This document shows, in pieces, positions 22,701 to 31,985 of a DNA stretch of 57,102 bases. Origin of the DNA: a virus. Made by a program: the position numbers and the translations under genes. The stretch's first letter is position 1. Every line of letters starts with the position of its first letter. Location of the stretch: positions 1 to 57,102 of the IMG/VR virus record IMGVR_UViG_3300017430_000001. One strand, given 5' to 3'. The notes under the pieces were generated by a model. That model saw only the letters and a list, made by a program, of their open reading frames with translations, did not search any database and was not told the DNA's origin.

Positions 22701-22719
22701 AGCGATAAACTGGTATAAG
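22701..22719 (+). promoter_or_regulatory. Motif copy AGCGATAAACTGGTATAAG upstream of the small terminase gene
   Basis: TAAACT at 22706-22711, then AGGAGG and the ATG at 22735. Confidence 0.55.
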
Positions 22720-22734
22720 GAGGAATACAAGACA

Positions 22735-23247
22735 ATGACTAATGAGGTAGATACAACCGACGCTCGTATCGAGTCGTATATCTACAAGCACATCGGTAAG
22801 AAGAGTGCCCGCGAGATGGCAACTGATCTGGGGGTGCAGCCCGAACAGATTCTTGCTATCAAACGGGAAATGGTCGACTCTGTAGATGAACTAACCATCT
22901 CCATTCAGAAAGCTAAACTGCTTCGAAGTCTTCAAGAACTAGCTGAGGACGCGCAGGAAAAGTCTAAAAACGTTGCTGATATGCGCAACTACTCGGGGAT
23001 GATCAACGCTTCTGTGGGTGCGATTAAAGAACTGTTCCGGCAACTTAACGCGTTGTCGAAACAGGACAACGAAAAGATCAACCAGCTTAATGATCTTCGT
23101 AAGCGCGAGATTGTGGCAATGTATATTTCGACCGTTGACGCCTCGGTGAAGGAGGTAGCCCACCTCTTCAGTATTGGTGAAGACGCGCTGTTCGATATCT
23201 TCAACAAGAACCTGGAAGCCGCTGCCGCTGAAATGGATAGCCGGTGA
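22735..23247 (+). CDS. terS: Terminase small subunit (by position; HTH-like N-terminus)
   Basis: Immediately upstream of and overlapping the large terminase gene; N-terminal GKKSAREMATDLGVQPEQILAIKR. Confidence 0.55.
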   Translation: MTNEVDTTDARIESYIYKHIGKKSAREMATDLGVQPEQILAIKREMVDSVDELTISIQKAKLLRSLQELAEDAQEKSKNVADMRNYSGMINASVGAIKELFRQLNALSKQDNEKINQLNDLRKREIVAMYISTVDASVKEVAHLFSIGEDALFDIFNKNLEAAAAEMDSR

Positions 23248-24800
23248 CGGGTCTTTTTAACGCAACCTCTGCCGCCCTTGACGATATCCGGGATAGGGCA
23301 CGCCGTCAAGCCTACAAAGAAGACCCCGTTTTGTGGGCTAAAGACGTTCCCGGCATCCACCTGTGGTCCCAGCAAGCAGATGTTGCCCGCTCTGTCGCCA
23401 AGAACAAAGACGTTGTTGTCAAGGCCGGTCACGGTGTGGGTAAGTCCCTACTGGCTGCCCTCCTTGTGTGTTGGTGGATTGACACCCGCTACCCCGATTG
23501 CTTCGTAGCCTCTACCGCCCCCTCAACCGCTCAGATTGGCGCTATCGTCTGGCGTGAAATCGAGAACATCTCCGCGATGGTGGACAAGCGCTTCAAAGAA
23601 GGCAAGGTCGATCACAAACTCCCCGGCTACCGGACCAGTCAAAACGAATGGAAGACGGATACCGGAACGGTAATCGGCTTTGGTCGTAAACCCCCGGACG
23701 GCGAAAACCGTACTGGAGACTCCCTTCAAGGTATTCACGCATCCGGCGGTGTTCTGGCAATCGGTGACGAGGCAGTGGGTCTTACCGAAAGCCTGATTGA
23801 CGCCCTCGGTAACATCACCTCTACCCGTAACTCCCGGCGCTTGCTTATCTGCAACCCCACCAACCCGGGGTCGTACGTTGCAAAGCTGTTCAAAAACAAG
23901 CCCGCTAACTGGACGTATCATACGATTTCCGTCCTGAACAGCCCAAACTTCACGGATGAGAAGCATGTCACCCCGCCTGAGGTGCTGGAAGCTCTGACGG
24001 ATGAGTCGTACCTGGAAGCCAAGCGCGAAGAGTACGGCGAAGGCTCCCCGATGTGGAAATCCCGCGTCGAGGGTGAATTCGCCTGGGACATGGGTAATAC
24101 CCTGTTCAAGCCCGAAGACCTGGAAAAAGGCTACGACTGCGTGGCCCCCATTTCCGATGCGCTCCCTGTCCTCGGTGTTGACGTATCTCGCTCCAAGTCC
24201 GGCGACACCAACACGATTTACGAATACCTCTCGGGCCGCTTGCGCTTTGTCGATGAATGGAACGACGCCAACGCGATGAACACCGCGGGCAAGATTCACA
24301 AAACGGCGCTGGGCCGCGGCGTATCCGAAGTCCGTATCGACGGTGCCGGTTTGGGTGGCCCTATTGCCGACCGGGTGCGGGAACTCTCCGAAGGCCGATA
24401 CGACGTTATCGAAATTCTGGGTGGTAACGCTTCCCCTGACCGCAACCGGTGGTTCAACTTCCGCGCGTGGAGTTTTTGGTCACTGCAAGATCGTCTCGCC
24501 AAGGGTCAAATCGACTTGGACATTGAAGACGAGCAATTGGCCGATGAATTGCTGGGCATGGAGATTAAAAAACGTACCTCGGGGGTGGCAAACCTTCTGA
24601 TGGAGTCCAAGGAGGATATGCGCGCCCGTAACGTCAAATCCCCCAACCGGGCAGACGCCGCCAACTACGCAAGCATTGACCTCTCCCCTTGGACGGGTCG
24701 TGTTCCCGAGGGCACTTTGTACACCGAAGACCCGAGTGACATTCCCGACTACGGCTACCGGCAGTATTTGACCCGCCCGGGACAGCCAATTTTGGGATGA
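23244..24800 (+). CDS. terL: Terminase large subunit
   Basis: Walker A KAGHGVGKS, Walker B-like VLAIGDEA, C-terminal nuclease-sized domain; followed by portal. Confidence 0.85.
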   Translation: MTGLFNATSAALDDIRDRARRQAYKEDPVLWAKDVPGIHLWSQQADVARSVAKNKDVVVKAGHGVGKSLLAALLVCWWIDTRYPDCFVASTAPSTAQIGAIVWREIENISAMVDKRFKEGKVDHKLPGYRTSQNEWKTDTGTVIGFGRKPPDGENRTGDSLQGIHASGGVLAIGDEAVGLTESLIDALGNITSTRNSRRLLICNPTNPGSYVAKLFKNKPANWTYHTISVLNSPNFTDEKHVTPPEVLEALTDESYLEAKREEYGEGSPMWKSRVEGEFAWDMGNTLFKPEDLEKGYDCVAPISDALPVLGVDVSRSKSGDTNTIYEYLSGRLRFVDEWNDANAMNTAGKIHKTALGRGVSEVRIDGAGLGGPIADRVRELSEGRYDVIEILGGNASPDRNRWFNFRAWSFWSLQDRLAKGQIDLDIEDEQLADELLGMEIKKRTSGVANLLMESKEDMRARNVKSPNRADAANYASIDLSPWTGRVPEGTLYTEDPSDIPDYGYRQYLTRPGQPILG

Positions 24801-24833
24801 TGGTTGGTCATTTGTATGATAGTGTTAAGTATC

Positions 24834-25709
24834 ATGCAAACGGGATTTATTTATGGTCTTTACGACGTTCGCGACTCCAAGAAGACGGTTCGGTACGTAG
24901 GACAGACGCGCCAGAAGAGGGGCGTGACTATGCGTATCTACGGGCATGTCCACGATTCAAAAACACCCGTCTACCCAGTTTCGCATTGGATCTCTGCGAT
25001 AAAGCCCGAAAACCTGTCTTATATTACGCTGTCCCAGCCTCAGGTTGAAGACCTAGATGCTGACGAGATTTGGTTTATCGCCAAGTACCGTTCTATGGGT
25101 CAAGCCGACTTGAATGTAGCAGAGGGTGGTCAGGGACTTACAAGCAAAAGGGCTCAGGGTGAAAACAATCCTAAAGCTAAACTTACCCAGCTTCTCGTAG
25201 ATCGGTTCCGGGAACTGTCCAAAACGGAGTATGTATCCACCGTTAAACTAGCGGAACAACTAGGTGTGACATCTATCACAGTGTCAAAGTTTCTAACTAA
25301 CTACACGTGGTATGACGCGGACTATGACCCGAGCAAACGTAAGACCGTTTCAGATACGAATAAAACAGACGCGCTTGTTTGGCGCTCTTTGACCGACGAT
25401 CAGGTAAACAATCTGCGCCGGGAATATCTAGATGGCGTCCCAGGGGCCAAATTGAGCAAAAAATACAACATTCCTGCTACGTCTCGGTCACGATACCTAT
25501 TTGAGAAGTACGGTGACGAGGAACTTCGTTTAAAGTGTGTTGCGGTGCGACCCCCTGTAGTAAACCGATCCAACAAGGTCACCCCCGAAGAGAGGATTGA
25601 GATTTTGAAGCGCTATGAGTCCGGGGAGAAGCAGAAAGATATTGCGCGAGACTATGGCATAACGCAGAGCGGTGTATCCGCAATCTGTAAAATGCTAAAA
25701 TTGAACTAA
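24834..25709 (+). CDS. GIY-YIG homing endonuclease with repeated HTH (NUMOD1/IENR1-like) modules; the start could also be 24804 or 24816
   Basis: GFIYGLYD..VRYVGQT (GIY-x10-YVG), E..WFI, repeated ..LAEQLGVTSITVSKF.. and DIARDYGITQSGVSAI; AT-richer than its flanks. Confidence 0.8.
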   Translation: MQTGFIYGLYDVRDSKKTVRYVGQTRQKRGVTMRIYGHVHDSKTPVYPVSHWISAIKPENLSYITLSQPQVEDLDADEIWFIAKYRSMGQADLNVAEGGQGLTSKRAQGENNPKAKLTQLLVDRFRELSKTEYVSTVKLAEQLGVTSITVSKFLTNYTWYDADYDPSKRKTVSDTNKTDALVWRSLTDDQVNNLRREYLDGVPGAKLSKKYNIPATSRSRYLFEKYGDEELRLKCVAVRPPVVNRSNKVTPEERIEILKRYESGEKQKDIARDYGITQSGVSAICKMLKLN

Positions 25710-25711
25710 CC

Positions 25712-27292
25712 ATGGATGCTAATACCGACCCAATTGCCCTTTTAGGCGAGGCTTTCTCGCGCATTCCCGCTCTAGAGGCTGAAAATGGTGAACTTCGAGA
25801 ATCTATTGCGCAGGTTCGCGCCCAACTCGAGGGAGATAATGAGGGTTGGGCGCTCATCTCGGGTATCCAGCGCGGCGAGAAGCTAGAGGGCCTGGACCTC
25901 GACGAGGTGCAGAAAGTGGCTGCCCTCATTCAGCCCAAAGTTGCCGCAGGTTCTATGGCGGGTCGTGCGGTAGACCTCCATACCGGATTCGTCTTCGGTC
26001 GCGGCATGAGCATCGAGGGCTTGGAAAAGCCCGCTAAGGCTACTCGGGGTGCTAAGAGGGGCATTGTCGCCTTTTACGGGGACCCCGATAATCAGGAAGC
26101 GCTTTTCAATAGCGACTCGCAGGCGGAACTTCAAAAAGCCCGCTTTATTGACGGTAACGTGCTGATTGCGTGCAACACCAAGACGAAAAAAGTCAGTCGT
26201 ATCCCGTTCAACCAAGTCACCGGGCTTCGTATGGACCCCGACTTCCCAGAGCGGATTACCGCCTATAAGCGTACGTGGACGAGCCAGAACGCCAGCGGGG
26301 ATGACGTGGTAGTAAACCGTTGGTACGTCACTCGTCGTTGGGCTGGCCGTATTCCCGAAACCCTACTAACCGGACCGGATAAGAAAGAAGTCCCGGTCGA
26401 TCAGGACACCACGATAGTTGATTTCCGAGCCAACCGACAGACGGGTTTCGTACTCGGCATCCCGGACGGCCTTCGAGGCATTCACTGGTCGCAGGCATAC
26501 ACCGAGCACATTCGCCACGGCCAGGTTGTTACCGAGGGTCTTTCCCGCCTCATCTTTAAGATCACGAATGTCAAGTCCAAGGCGGGCGCTCAGAACGCTG
26601 GCGTCAAGATGGGTTCGTTCACCGGTAATGGGGGAATGGCCGCTGTTGGAGAAGGTCAGGACGTAGAGGCTGTCCGCACCGCGGGTAATGCCTATGCCTT
26701 CGAGAAACTACGCCCCATTGCAGCCCTTGCAGCAGCAGCGTGGAACGTTTCTAACGCCGATCTTCTGAACGATTCGGCAGCAGCAGGTGCATCGTACGGT
26801 GCCCTCTCCGGGCTAGTTGTTGGTAACCGTAACGCCATGACGCTCATGCAAAAGCAGTGGGCGAACGTCTACCAGGACGTGTTTGAGGTCTTCGGGTTTG
26901 GGCGTCCCGAGATTCACTGGGAACCGCTGGAAGCCCCCGACCCTTACCGGGCGGCACAGGCACTTACTCTTCTCGCCCCTACCCTTCACAACGCGGAATA
27001 CCGCAAGGGCGCTCTCGATATTCTCGATATGACCGGCGATCCGAACGAAACTCCCGAAACTCTTGCGGCCCGAGTAGCCCAGGCCAACACGAATGGCGCA
27101 TCCGCAGGCACTCAGCAGGCGTCTCCAAACCAGGGTCAGAACTCCCCCTCAGGTGCCGCGGGATCTTCAGACTCCAATGACCTGAGAACAGATACACTCG
27201 CCAACTCACTTCGACGTGAAATGGCTAACGACGATTTCCTTACAAAGTTTGAACAATTGGTTATTCGCGCGGAGAACCTTAGTAACAACTGA
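25712..27292 (+). CDS. Portal protein
   Basis: 526 aa, located between terminase and scaffold/capsid genes. Confidence 0.75.
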   Translation: MDANTDPIALLGEAFSRIPALEAENGELRESIAQVRAQLEGDNEGWALISGIQRGEKLEGLDLDEVQKVAALIQPKVAAGSMAGRAVDLHTGFVFGRGMSIEGLEKPAKATRGAKRGIVAFYGDPDNQEALFNSDSQAELQKARFIDGNVLIACNTKTKKVSRIPFNQVTGLRMDPDFPERITAYKRTWTSQNASGDDVVVNRWYVTRRWAGRIPETLLTGPDKKEVPVDQDTTIVDFRANRQTGFVLGIPDGLRGIHWSQAYTEHIRHGQVVTEGLSRLIFKITNVKSKAGAQNAGVKMGSFTGNGGMAAVGEGQDVEAVRTAGNAYAFEKLRPIAALAAAAWNVSNADLLNDSAAAGASYGALSGLVVGNRNAMTLMQKQWANVYQDVFEVFGFGRPEIHWEPLEAPDPYRAAQALTLLAPTLHNAEYRKGALDILDMTGDPNETPETLAARVAQANTNGASAGTQQASPNQGQNSPSGAAGSSDSNDLRTDTLANSLRREMANDDFLTKFEQLVIRAENLSNN

Positions 27293-27307
27293 TAAGATTG
27301 GATAGAG
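27288..27307 (+). promoter_or_regulatory. Motif copy ACTGATAAGATTGGATAGAG overlapping the portal stop codon
   Basis: TAAGAT at 27293-27298; ATG 27308 follows 9 nt later. Confidence 0.4.
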
Positions 27308-28201
27308 ATGACTACGAAACTTCTGTCCGAATCTACGGCGGTCGCCACTAAGGCGGGGAATGGCCGCTGGAAGAGCGTGCTTATTACGCCTGGGCAAGGC
27401 TCTAGTGGATACTACTCCGAGTCTACTTTGCGGGAGACAGGACCAATTGCGCTACGAAAAGGCGCTAAGTCTTTTGTCACGCATAACCGTGCCGAAAACG
27501 GAGAACCCGATCCGTTCGCAATGTGGGGTTTTCTTGCGGAGGATTCTTATTACGAAGAAGGCGTTGGACTAGTCGGAATTATTGAAGTCCTCCCATCTTG
27601 GCGTGAAAAGGTAGACGAAGTCGCGCCTCATGTTGCCCTTTCGGTGTTTGTATCGGGAGAAGTCGACAATGAAGGTAACGTCACTAAGTTTGTAGAAGAT
27701 GTTCAGAACGGTGTGGACATGGTTGTCTACCCCGGGCGGCCTGGAAGCTCTCTTGTCGAGCAGATGGTCGAAAGCGCGGCTCAAATGGCCCGCGAATCTG
27801 ATGAACCAACAGTCACCTCGGCTGTGGATCAAGAAAAGGAAATCAAGATGGAAGACCTAGAAAAGGTGACTGCCGCTATTGAGGCACTAACCGCACAGGT
27901 TTCCGCCCTGGTAGCCAAGGAGAACGCCGCACAGGCCGAGGCCATCCAGGCCGAGGCTGACGAAAAGGCTGTAGACGAGGCTCTTGCTTCGTACGACGCT
28001 GCGGTGGACGCGATTGAAGCTGCGGAGCTTCCGGCTGATGCAGCCAAGAGCCTCCGCGCAGAGGCGCGTAAGGGCGTGGACGTTGCCCCTCTCATTGAGT
28101 TTGCCAAGACGGTTAAGACCTCCACTATTTCGGAATCCGCCCGTGGCCGCGAGTATGTCGGCACCGATAAGGCTAGCAAGTTTGGAGCGTTCAAGCGATA
28201 A
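27308..28201 (+). CDS. Scaffolding protein, possibly with an N-terminal prohead-protease-like domain
   Basis: Ala/Glu-rich coiled-coil C-terminal half; position between portal and capsid. Confidence 0.55.
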   Translation: MTTKLLSESTAVATKAGNGRWKSVLITPGQGSSGYYSESTLRETGPIALRKGAKSFVTHNRAENGEPDPFAMWGFLAEDSYYEEGVGLVGIIEVLPSWREKVDEVAPHVALSVFVSGEVDNEGNVTKFVEDVQNGVDMVVYPGRPGSSLVEQMVESAAQMARESDEPTVTSAVDQEKEIKMEDLEKVTAAIEALTAQVSALVAKENAAQAEAIQAEADEKAVDEALASYDAAVDAIEAAELPADAAKSLRAEARKGVDVAPLIEFAKTVKTSTISESARGREYVGTDKASKFGAFKR

Positions 28202-28629
28202 TGGCTACGAATCTCGTATTTAAGGGCGACAACAAGCAGAACCGCACGGAGACGCTTGCTGCTACCTACGCCCCCGGAGTTCCGGTCCTGTCTCTCAGCG
28301 GCCAGCCTGCCGTTACCGTAACCGGCTCGGGCGATTACGTCAAGAGTGAGGTTATCCCCGGTGGCGGCACCATCTCGGGTATCCCCGCAGGTGGCGTTGG
28401 CCTTACCGGTAAGCAGGTTACCCTTGCTTTCTCCGGTACCTGGGAGTTCCCCGCTTCGTCCATCACCGGTATTACCGCAGCGTCCGCACAGGGCACCAAG
28501 GTTTACATTACCTCGGGCGGTCAGCTAACGGGTACCGCTACCAGCAACACCCTATACGGCACGGTGGATTTCCCCGTTGACTACGACAAGACCCGCGGTT
28601 TCGTGCCGGTCAAGATTGGAAACCGATAA
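28201..28629 (+). CDS. Head decoration-like protein (DUF2190-like)
   Basis: 142 aa, Gly/Thr-rich beta-type sequence directly upstream of the major capsid gene. Confidence 0.45.
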   Translation: MATNLVFKGDNKQNRTETLAATYAPGVPVLSLSGQPAVTVTGSGDYVKSEVIPGGGTISGIPAGGVGLTGKQVTLAFSGTWEFPASSITGITAASAQGTKVYITSGGQLTGTATSNTLYGTVDFPVDYDKTRGFVPVKIGNR

Positions 28630-29744
28630 TGGCTGAATTCAAGGATGACTTTACCCTTGATGGTCGGCTAAAGCCCGCTAACTTCAAGGTTACCCGCCAG
28701 AAGGTTGAGGCGGCTGACGCTCTTATCACGGCAGCACAGCGCGGCGACCGTATCGCGGCTGGAAAGCTTGCTGAGGCGTTTTCTACCACCGACCTTCCCT
28801 TCAACGCCGCTCACCTCATCTCGGCTATCACGATTCCGCAGTTCGATGCCGCGGAGCGCACGTGGAGCCAGGTTGCCGGTGTCCGTACCGTTGACGACTT
28901 CGGCCCGGTTCGCCTACAGTCGCTCTACGCTTCTGTGACCGGCAGCGGTGTCGCTCAGACCGGCGGCCTGCCCACCATCCCCGAGGCAAACCCGTACCCC
29001 CACATCACCGTCACGGGTGCTGAGGCTTTCTACTCGAAGCTTCAGAAGTCCGGTGCTCGCTTTGACTGGACCTGGGAGTCGAACGTTAACGACGTTCTCG
29101 GCTTCTTCGATCAGATTCCTGGCGAACTGCTGAACCTTGCTCTCGACACCGAAGAGCGTGAGGTTTACGAGGCTCTTATTAACGGTACGACCAACGAGCT
29201 TGCTTCGCAGACGCTCCCGGACGGCACCGTTACGGACCCCAACGCCGCTATTTCCCCTGAGGCTATCTGGGCTGCTATCCTTCAGCTTCAGAACGTCACG
29301 GTCAACGGTCGCAAGGTCGGCCGCGCCACTGGCTACAACGTCGTCGTACCCGCAGGAACCGCGGATTATGTCAACTACGCCATCAACCGCACCATCCTTC
29401 AGGTCATCGATGGCAACATTGTCTACGGCCCCGGCGACCGCTCGGCTCTCAACAACGTCACGGTTGTCGAGTCCGACTACGTTACCGGTACCAACTGGTA
29501 CGTGCTTCCCAAGCCCGGTGCGATCCGTCGTCCCGTTCTTGAACTGCTCCGTCTCCGTGGCTACGAGCAGCCGGAACTTCGTGTTCAGGCCAACGCAGGT
29601 AACTACCTCGGCGGCGGCGTTGTCTCCCCGTTCGAGGGTGACTTCGAGGCCGACGAGATTGCCATGCGCGTTCGCTTCGTGGCTGGGGGCGTTCTTTGGG
29701 ATAGCAACTACTCGGTCAAGTCGGACGGTTCGGGATACGCCTAA
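28629..29744 (+). CDS. Major capsid protein
   Basis: 371 aa; position after scaffold/decoration genes; followed by a strong terminator. Confidence 0.75.
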   Translation: MAEFKDDFTLDGRLKPANFKVTRQKVEAADALITAAQRGDRIAAGKLAEAFSTTDLPFNAAHLISAITIPQFDAAERTWSQVAGVRTVDDFGPVRLQSLYASVTGSGVAQTGGLPTIPEANPYPHITVTGAEAFYSKLQKSGARFDWTWESNVNDVLGFFDQIPGELLNLALDTEEREVYEALINGTTNELASQTLPDGTVTDPNAAISPEAIWAAILQLQNVTVNGRKVGRATGYNVVVPAGTADYVNYAINRTILQVIDGNIVYGPGDRSALNNVTVVESDYVTGTNWYVLPKPGAIRRPVLELLRLRGYEQPELRVQANAGNYLGGGVVSPFEGDFEADEIAMRVRFVAGGVLWDSNYSVKSDGSGYA

Positions 29745-29810
29745 ACCAAGGGTACGGTCTTAGTTCCTACGGGAACGGTGCCTACGGTTCATAACAAGAC
29801 CTAAACGATT

Positions 29811-29842
29811 AACCCCCATGCTTGTACAGGTGGGGGTTTTTC
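29811..29842 (+). terminator. Rho-independent terminator after the capsid gene
   Basis: AACCCCCA-N12-TGGGGGTT followed by TTTCG. Confidence 0.7.
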
Positions 29843-29881
29843 GCACCCTAAACGAAAGATGAGAATTCTCTAATACACCCG

Positions 29882-29900
29882 TCCGATAAAATGGAAAGAG
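29882..29900 (+). promoter_or_regulatory. Motif copy TCCGATAAAATGGAAAGAG
   Basis: TAAAAT at 29887-29892, upstream of the ATG at 29932. Confidence 0.45.
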
Positions 29901-29931
29901 AAGCCTTAACCCCCGGAAGGTATTACTCGCC

Positions 29932-31257
29932 ATGCAGTTGGAAGACAAGCATTTTCCTGTAAATCGAACAGCGACGATGGGTGGCGTAGTTCTTGTAGAC
30001 CCCGCTACCAAAAAGCCCTATAAAGCGGGCGTTACAATTCAGCAGGTAGACGGTGGGTTCGACCCCACAGGACTTGCCACCGATACGGGCCAGGAAGTCA
30101 TTGTCCAGGCGCTTGAAGATTTGCTTGCGGCTGTTCGGGCGAATGCGACCAACGGTGAAGTCAGCATTGCCGACGAGGAATTGCCGCCCGTAGCAGGCGG
30201 CGCTACTGCAACAAAACAGGACGCCATTCTTGCAGCGCTGCAAAACCTAGCGGGTGTTCTCGGCGGGACCCTTACCGTCACGGCAACGGAGCCAATTGCG
30301 GTAACGGCGGAAAGTGTGCCCTTGCCCGCGGGTTCGTCTACTGCCGCTAGACAAGACGCAATCCTTAGCGCACTGAACGCACTGGCCGAGATATTTCGCA
30401 CCGAAACCCTGGACGTAACCGGGTCGGTAAACGTAGAGGGCACGGTTCCTGTCTCAGGTGCGGTATCTCTCTCCAACGCAAGTATTGCTGTAACGCCTTC
30501 AGGGGCCTTTACGGTCGATTTGCCAGGTTCTGCCACCTCCGCCAAGCAAGACGCTATTCTGAGCGCTCTAGGGTCGCTTCTAACGGGTATTCAGGCACCA
30601 CAGGTCATCACGGACGGCGGGCAGTCGATCACCGTAGATGGGGTAGTGGGTGTTTCGGGTAGTGTCCCCGTAACGGACAACGGCGGCTCGCTCACGGTGG
30701 ACGGAACGGTTGGGGCAACCCAGTCTGGCACCTGGAACGTGGGTATCTCAGGCACGCCCACGGTAAACGTCGGTAACACGGTCACGATCAGCGACGGCAG
30801 TGGACCCCTTACGGTAGATGGCGCGGTTTCGGCGACCATTACCGGGACGCCGAACGTCAACGTTGCTAATACGTCTCTTCCCGTTACGCAGTCGGGAACA
30901 TGGAACGTGGGGCTTACCGGCACCCCCTCGGTTAGCGTTTCGAACAGCCCGAACGTCAATACCCTCCCTCAAAACGCGGCAACCCTTACCACCAGCCCTA
31001 CTGCTATTTCGGTCGGTACAACAAGCGTTCAATTGGTGGCATCCCTTGCCACCCGTAAGAGCGTCATTATTCAGAACATGGGCGGCACCAACCTTGTACT
31101 GTCGTTTGCGGGCACAGCCGTTGCTACAGCGCCTACGATGATTGTCCCGGCTAACAACTGGGTGAACATCTCCCGGGGGACGTGGACAGGTGTTGTGACG
31201 GCTATTCGACCTTCCGGGTCGGCCACGGCGGATGCAGTTGTGACGGTGGTTTCTTAA
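29932..31257 (+). CDS. Repeat-containing fibre-like protein
   Basis: Three T(K/R)QDAIL(A/S)AL repeats, two TQSGTWNVG(I/L)(S/T)GTP repeats, three (S/P/I)(L/T)TVDG repeats; Thr/Val/Gly-rich. Confidence 0.65.
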   Translation: MQLEDKHFPVNRTATMGGVVLVDPATKKPYKAGVTIQQVDGGFDPTGLATDTGQEVIVQALEDLLAAVRANATNGEVSIADEELPPVAGGATATKQDAILAALQNLAGVLGGTLTVTATEPIAVTAESVPLPAGSSTAARQDAILSALNALAEIFRTETLDVTGSVNVEGTVPVSGAVSLSNASIAVTPSGAFTVDLPGSATSAKQDAILSALGSLLTGIQAPQVITDGGQSITVDGVVGVSGSVPVTDNGGSLTVDGTVGATQSGTWNVGISGTPTVNVGNTVTISDGSGPLTVDGAVSATITGTPNVNVANTSLPVTQSGTWNVGLTGTPSVSVSNSPNVNTLPQNAATLTTSPTAISVGTTSVQLVASLATRKSVIIQNMGGTNLVLSFAGTAVATAPTMIVPANNWVNISRGTWTGVVTAIRPSGSATADAVVTVVS

Positions 31258-31811
31258 TGTCTATCGAAATGGGTGGGCCTTCGGGCGTTATTACCTCTTT
31301 TGAATCCCGTTACCTCTCCACTGGCTCTGTAAGTGCAACGGGTACAGCGGAGCAGTCGCTTATCGCCCCGGGGATGGGCTCGATGACCATCCCGGCAAGT
31401 TGGGTTGTCCCCGGGGCTACGGCACGACTCGTTATTCGAGGTCTTCTTACCACCCCTACGTTGTCACTGGGTACCTCCACGTTCCGATTCAAAGTCAACG
31501 GTACTACCCGGACGACAGGCCAGACGCTGAATATTCTTGGGGGCATGACAGATGCCGGATTTATGACCGTGCAGACGATTAGTTTCCGGTCATCAGGTAC
31601 GAGCGGTACAGCCGTGTGCGCCGGGGACATTCGGTATCCGTCGGGAAGTCTTACCAACCGGGCGGTGGTTGACATGATTGCAGCCACCCCGTTTACGCTG
31701 GACACGACCGCCCCTATTACCCTGGACTTGACTGCTCAATGGTCCCTTATTAGTCACTCAATGACTTCGGTTACGACAACGCTGGAATTGCTATCGCCTA
31801 CGCCTTCGTAA
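31257..31811 (+). CDS. Hypothetical beta-rich protein (184 aa from MSIEMGGPSG)
   Basis: ORF track 31182..31811, trimmed to the ATG at 31257 (TAATG junction). Confidence 0.55.
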   Translation: MSIEMGGPSGVITSFESRYLSTGSVSATGTAEQSLIAPGMGSMTIPASWVVPGATARLVIRGLLTTPTLSLGTSTFRFKVNGTTRTTGQTLNILGGMTDAGFMTVQTISFRSSGTSGTAVCAGDIRYPSGSLTNRAVVDMIAATPFTLDTTAPITLDLTAQWSLISHSMTSVTTTLELLSPTPS

Positions 31812-31817
31812 ACCCCT

Positions 31818-31836
31818 ACTGATAAACTGGTATAAG
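31818..31836 (+). promoter_or_regulatory. Consensus motif copy ACTGATAAACTGGTATAAG
   Basis: Read directly; followed by TATAAT at 31840-31845 and another copy at 31877-31895. Confidence 0.5.
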
Positions 31837-31876
31837 ACTTATAATCGAACGTTAGGGTTAATTTGTGGCTCAGCAT

Positions 31877-31895
31877 GTTCATAAAATGGATATAG
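31877..31895 (+). promoter_or_regulatory. Motif copy GTTCATAAAATGGATATAG
   Basis: TAAAAT at 31882-31887. Confidence 0.4.
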
Positions 31896-31985
31896 TTCCC
31901 GGACTGTTGCTAACCAGCATGCCCCCAAAACTTTTGGCTATTTGCTCCGAATGTAAAAACGTAGAATACGTTGAGGTGGTTAAGA

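Noticed and set aside
29932-31257. Diversity-generating retroelement or hypervariable locus, suggested by the internal repeats
   Set aside because: The genome has no reverse transcriptase and no template/variable repeat pair. The repeats are in-frame structural repeats.
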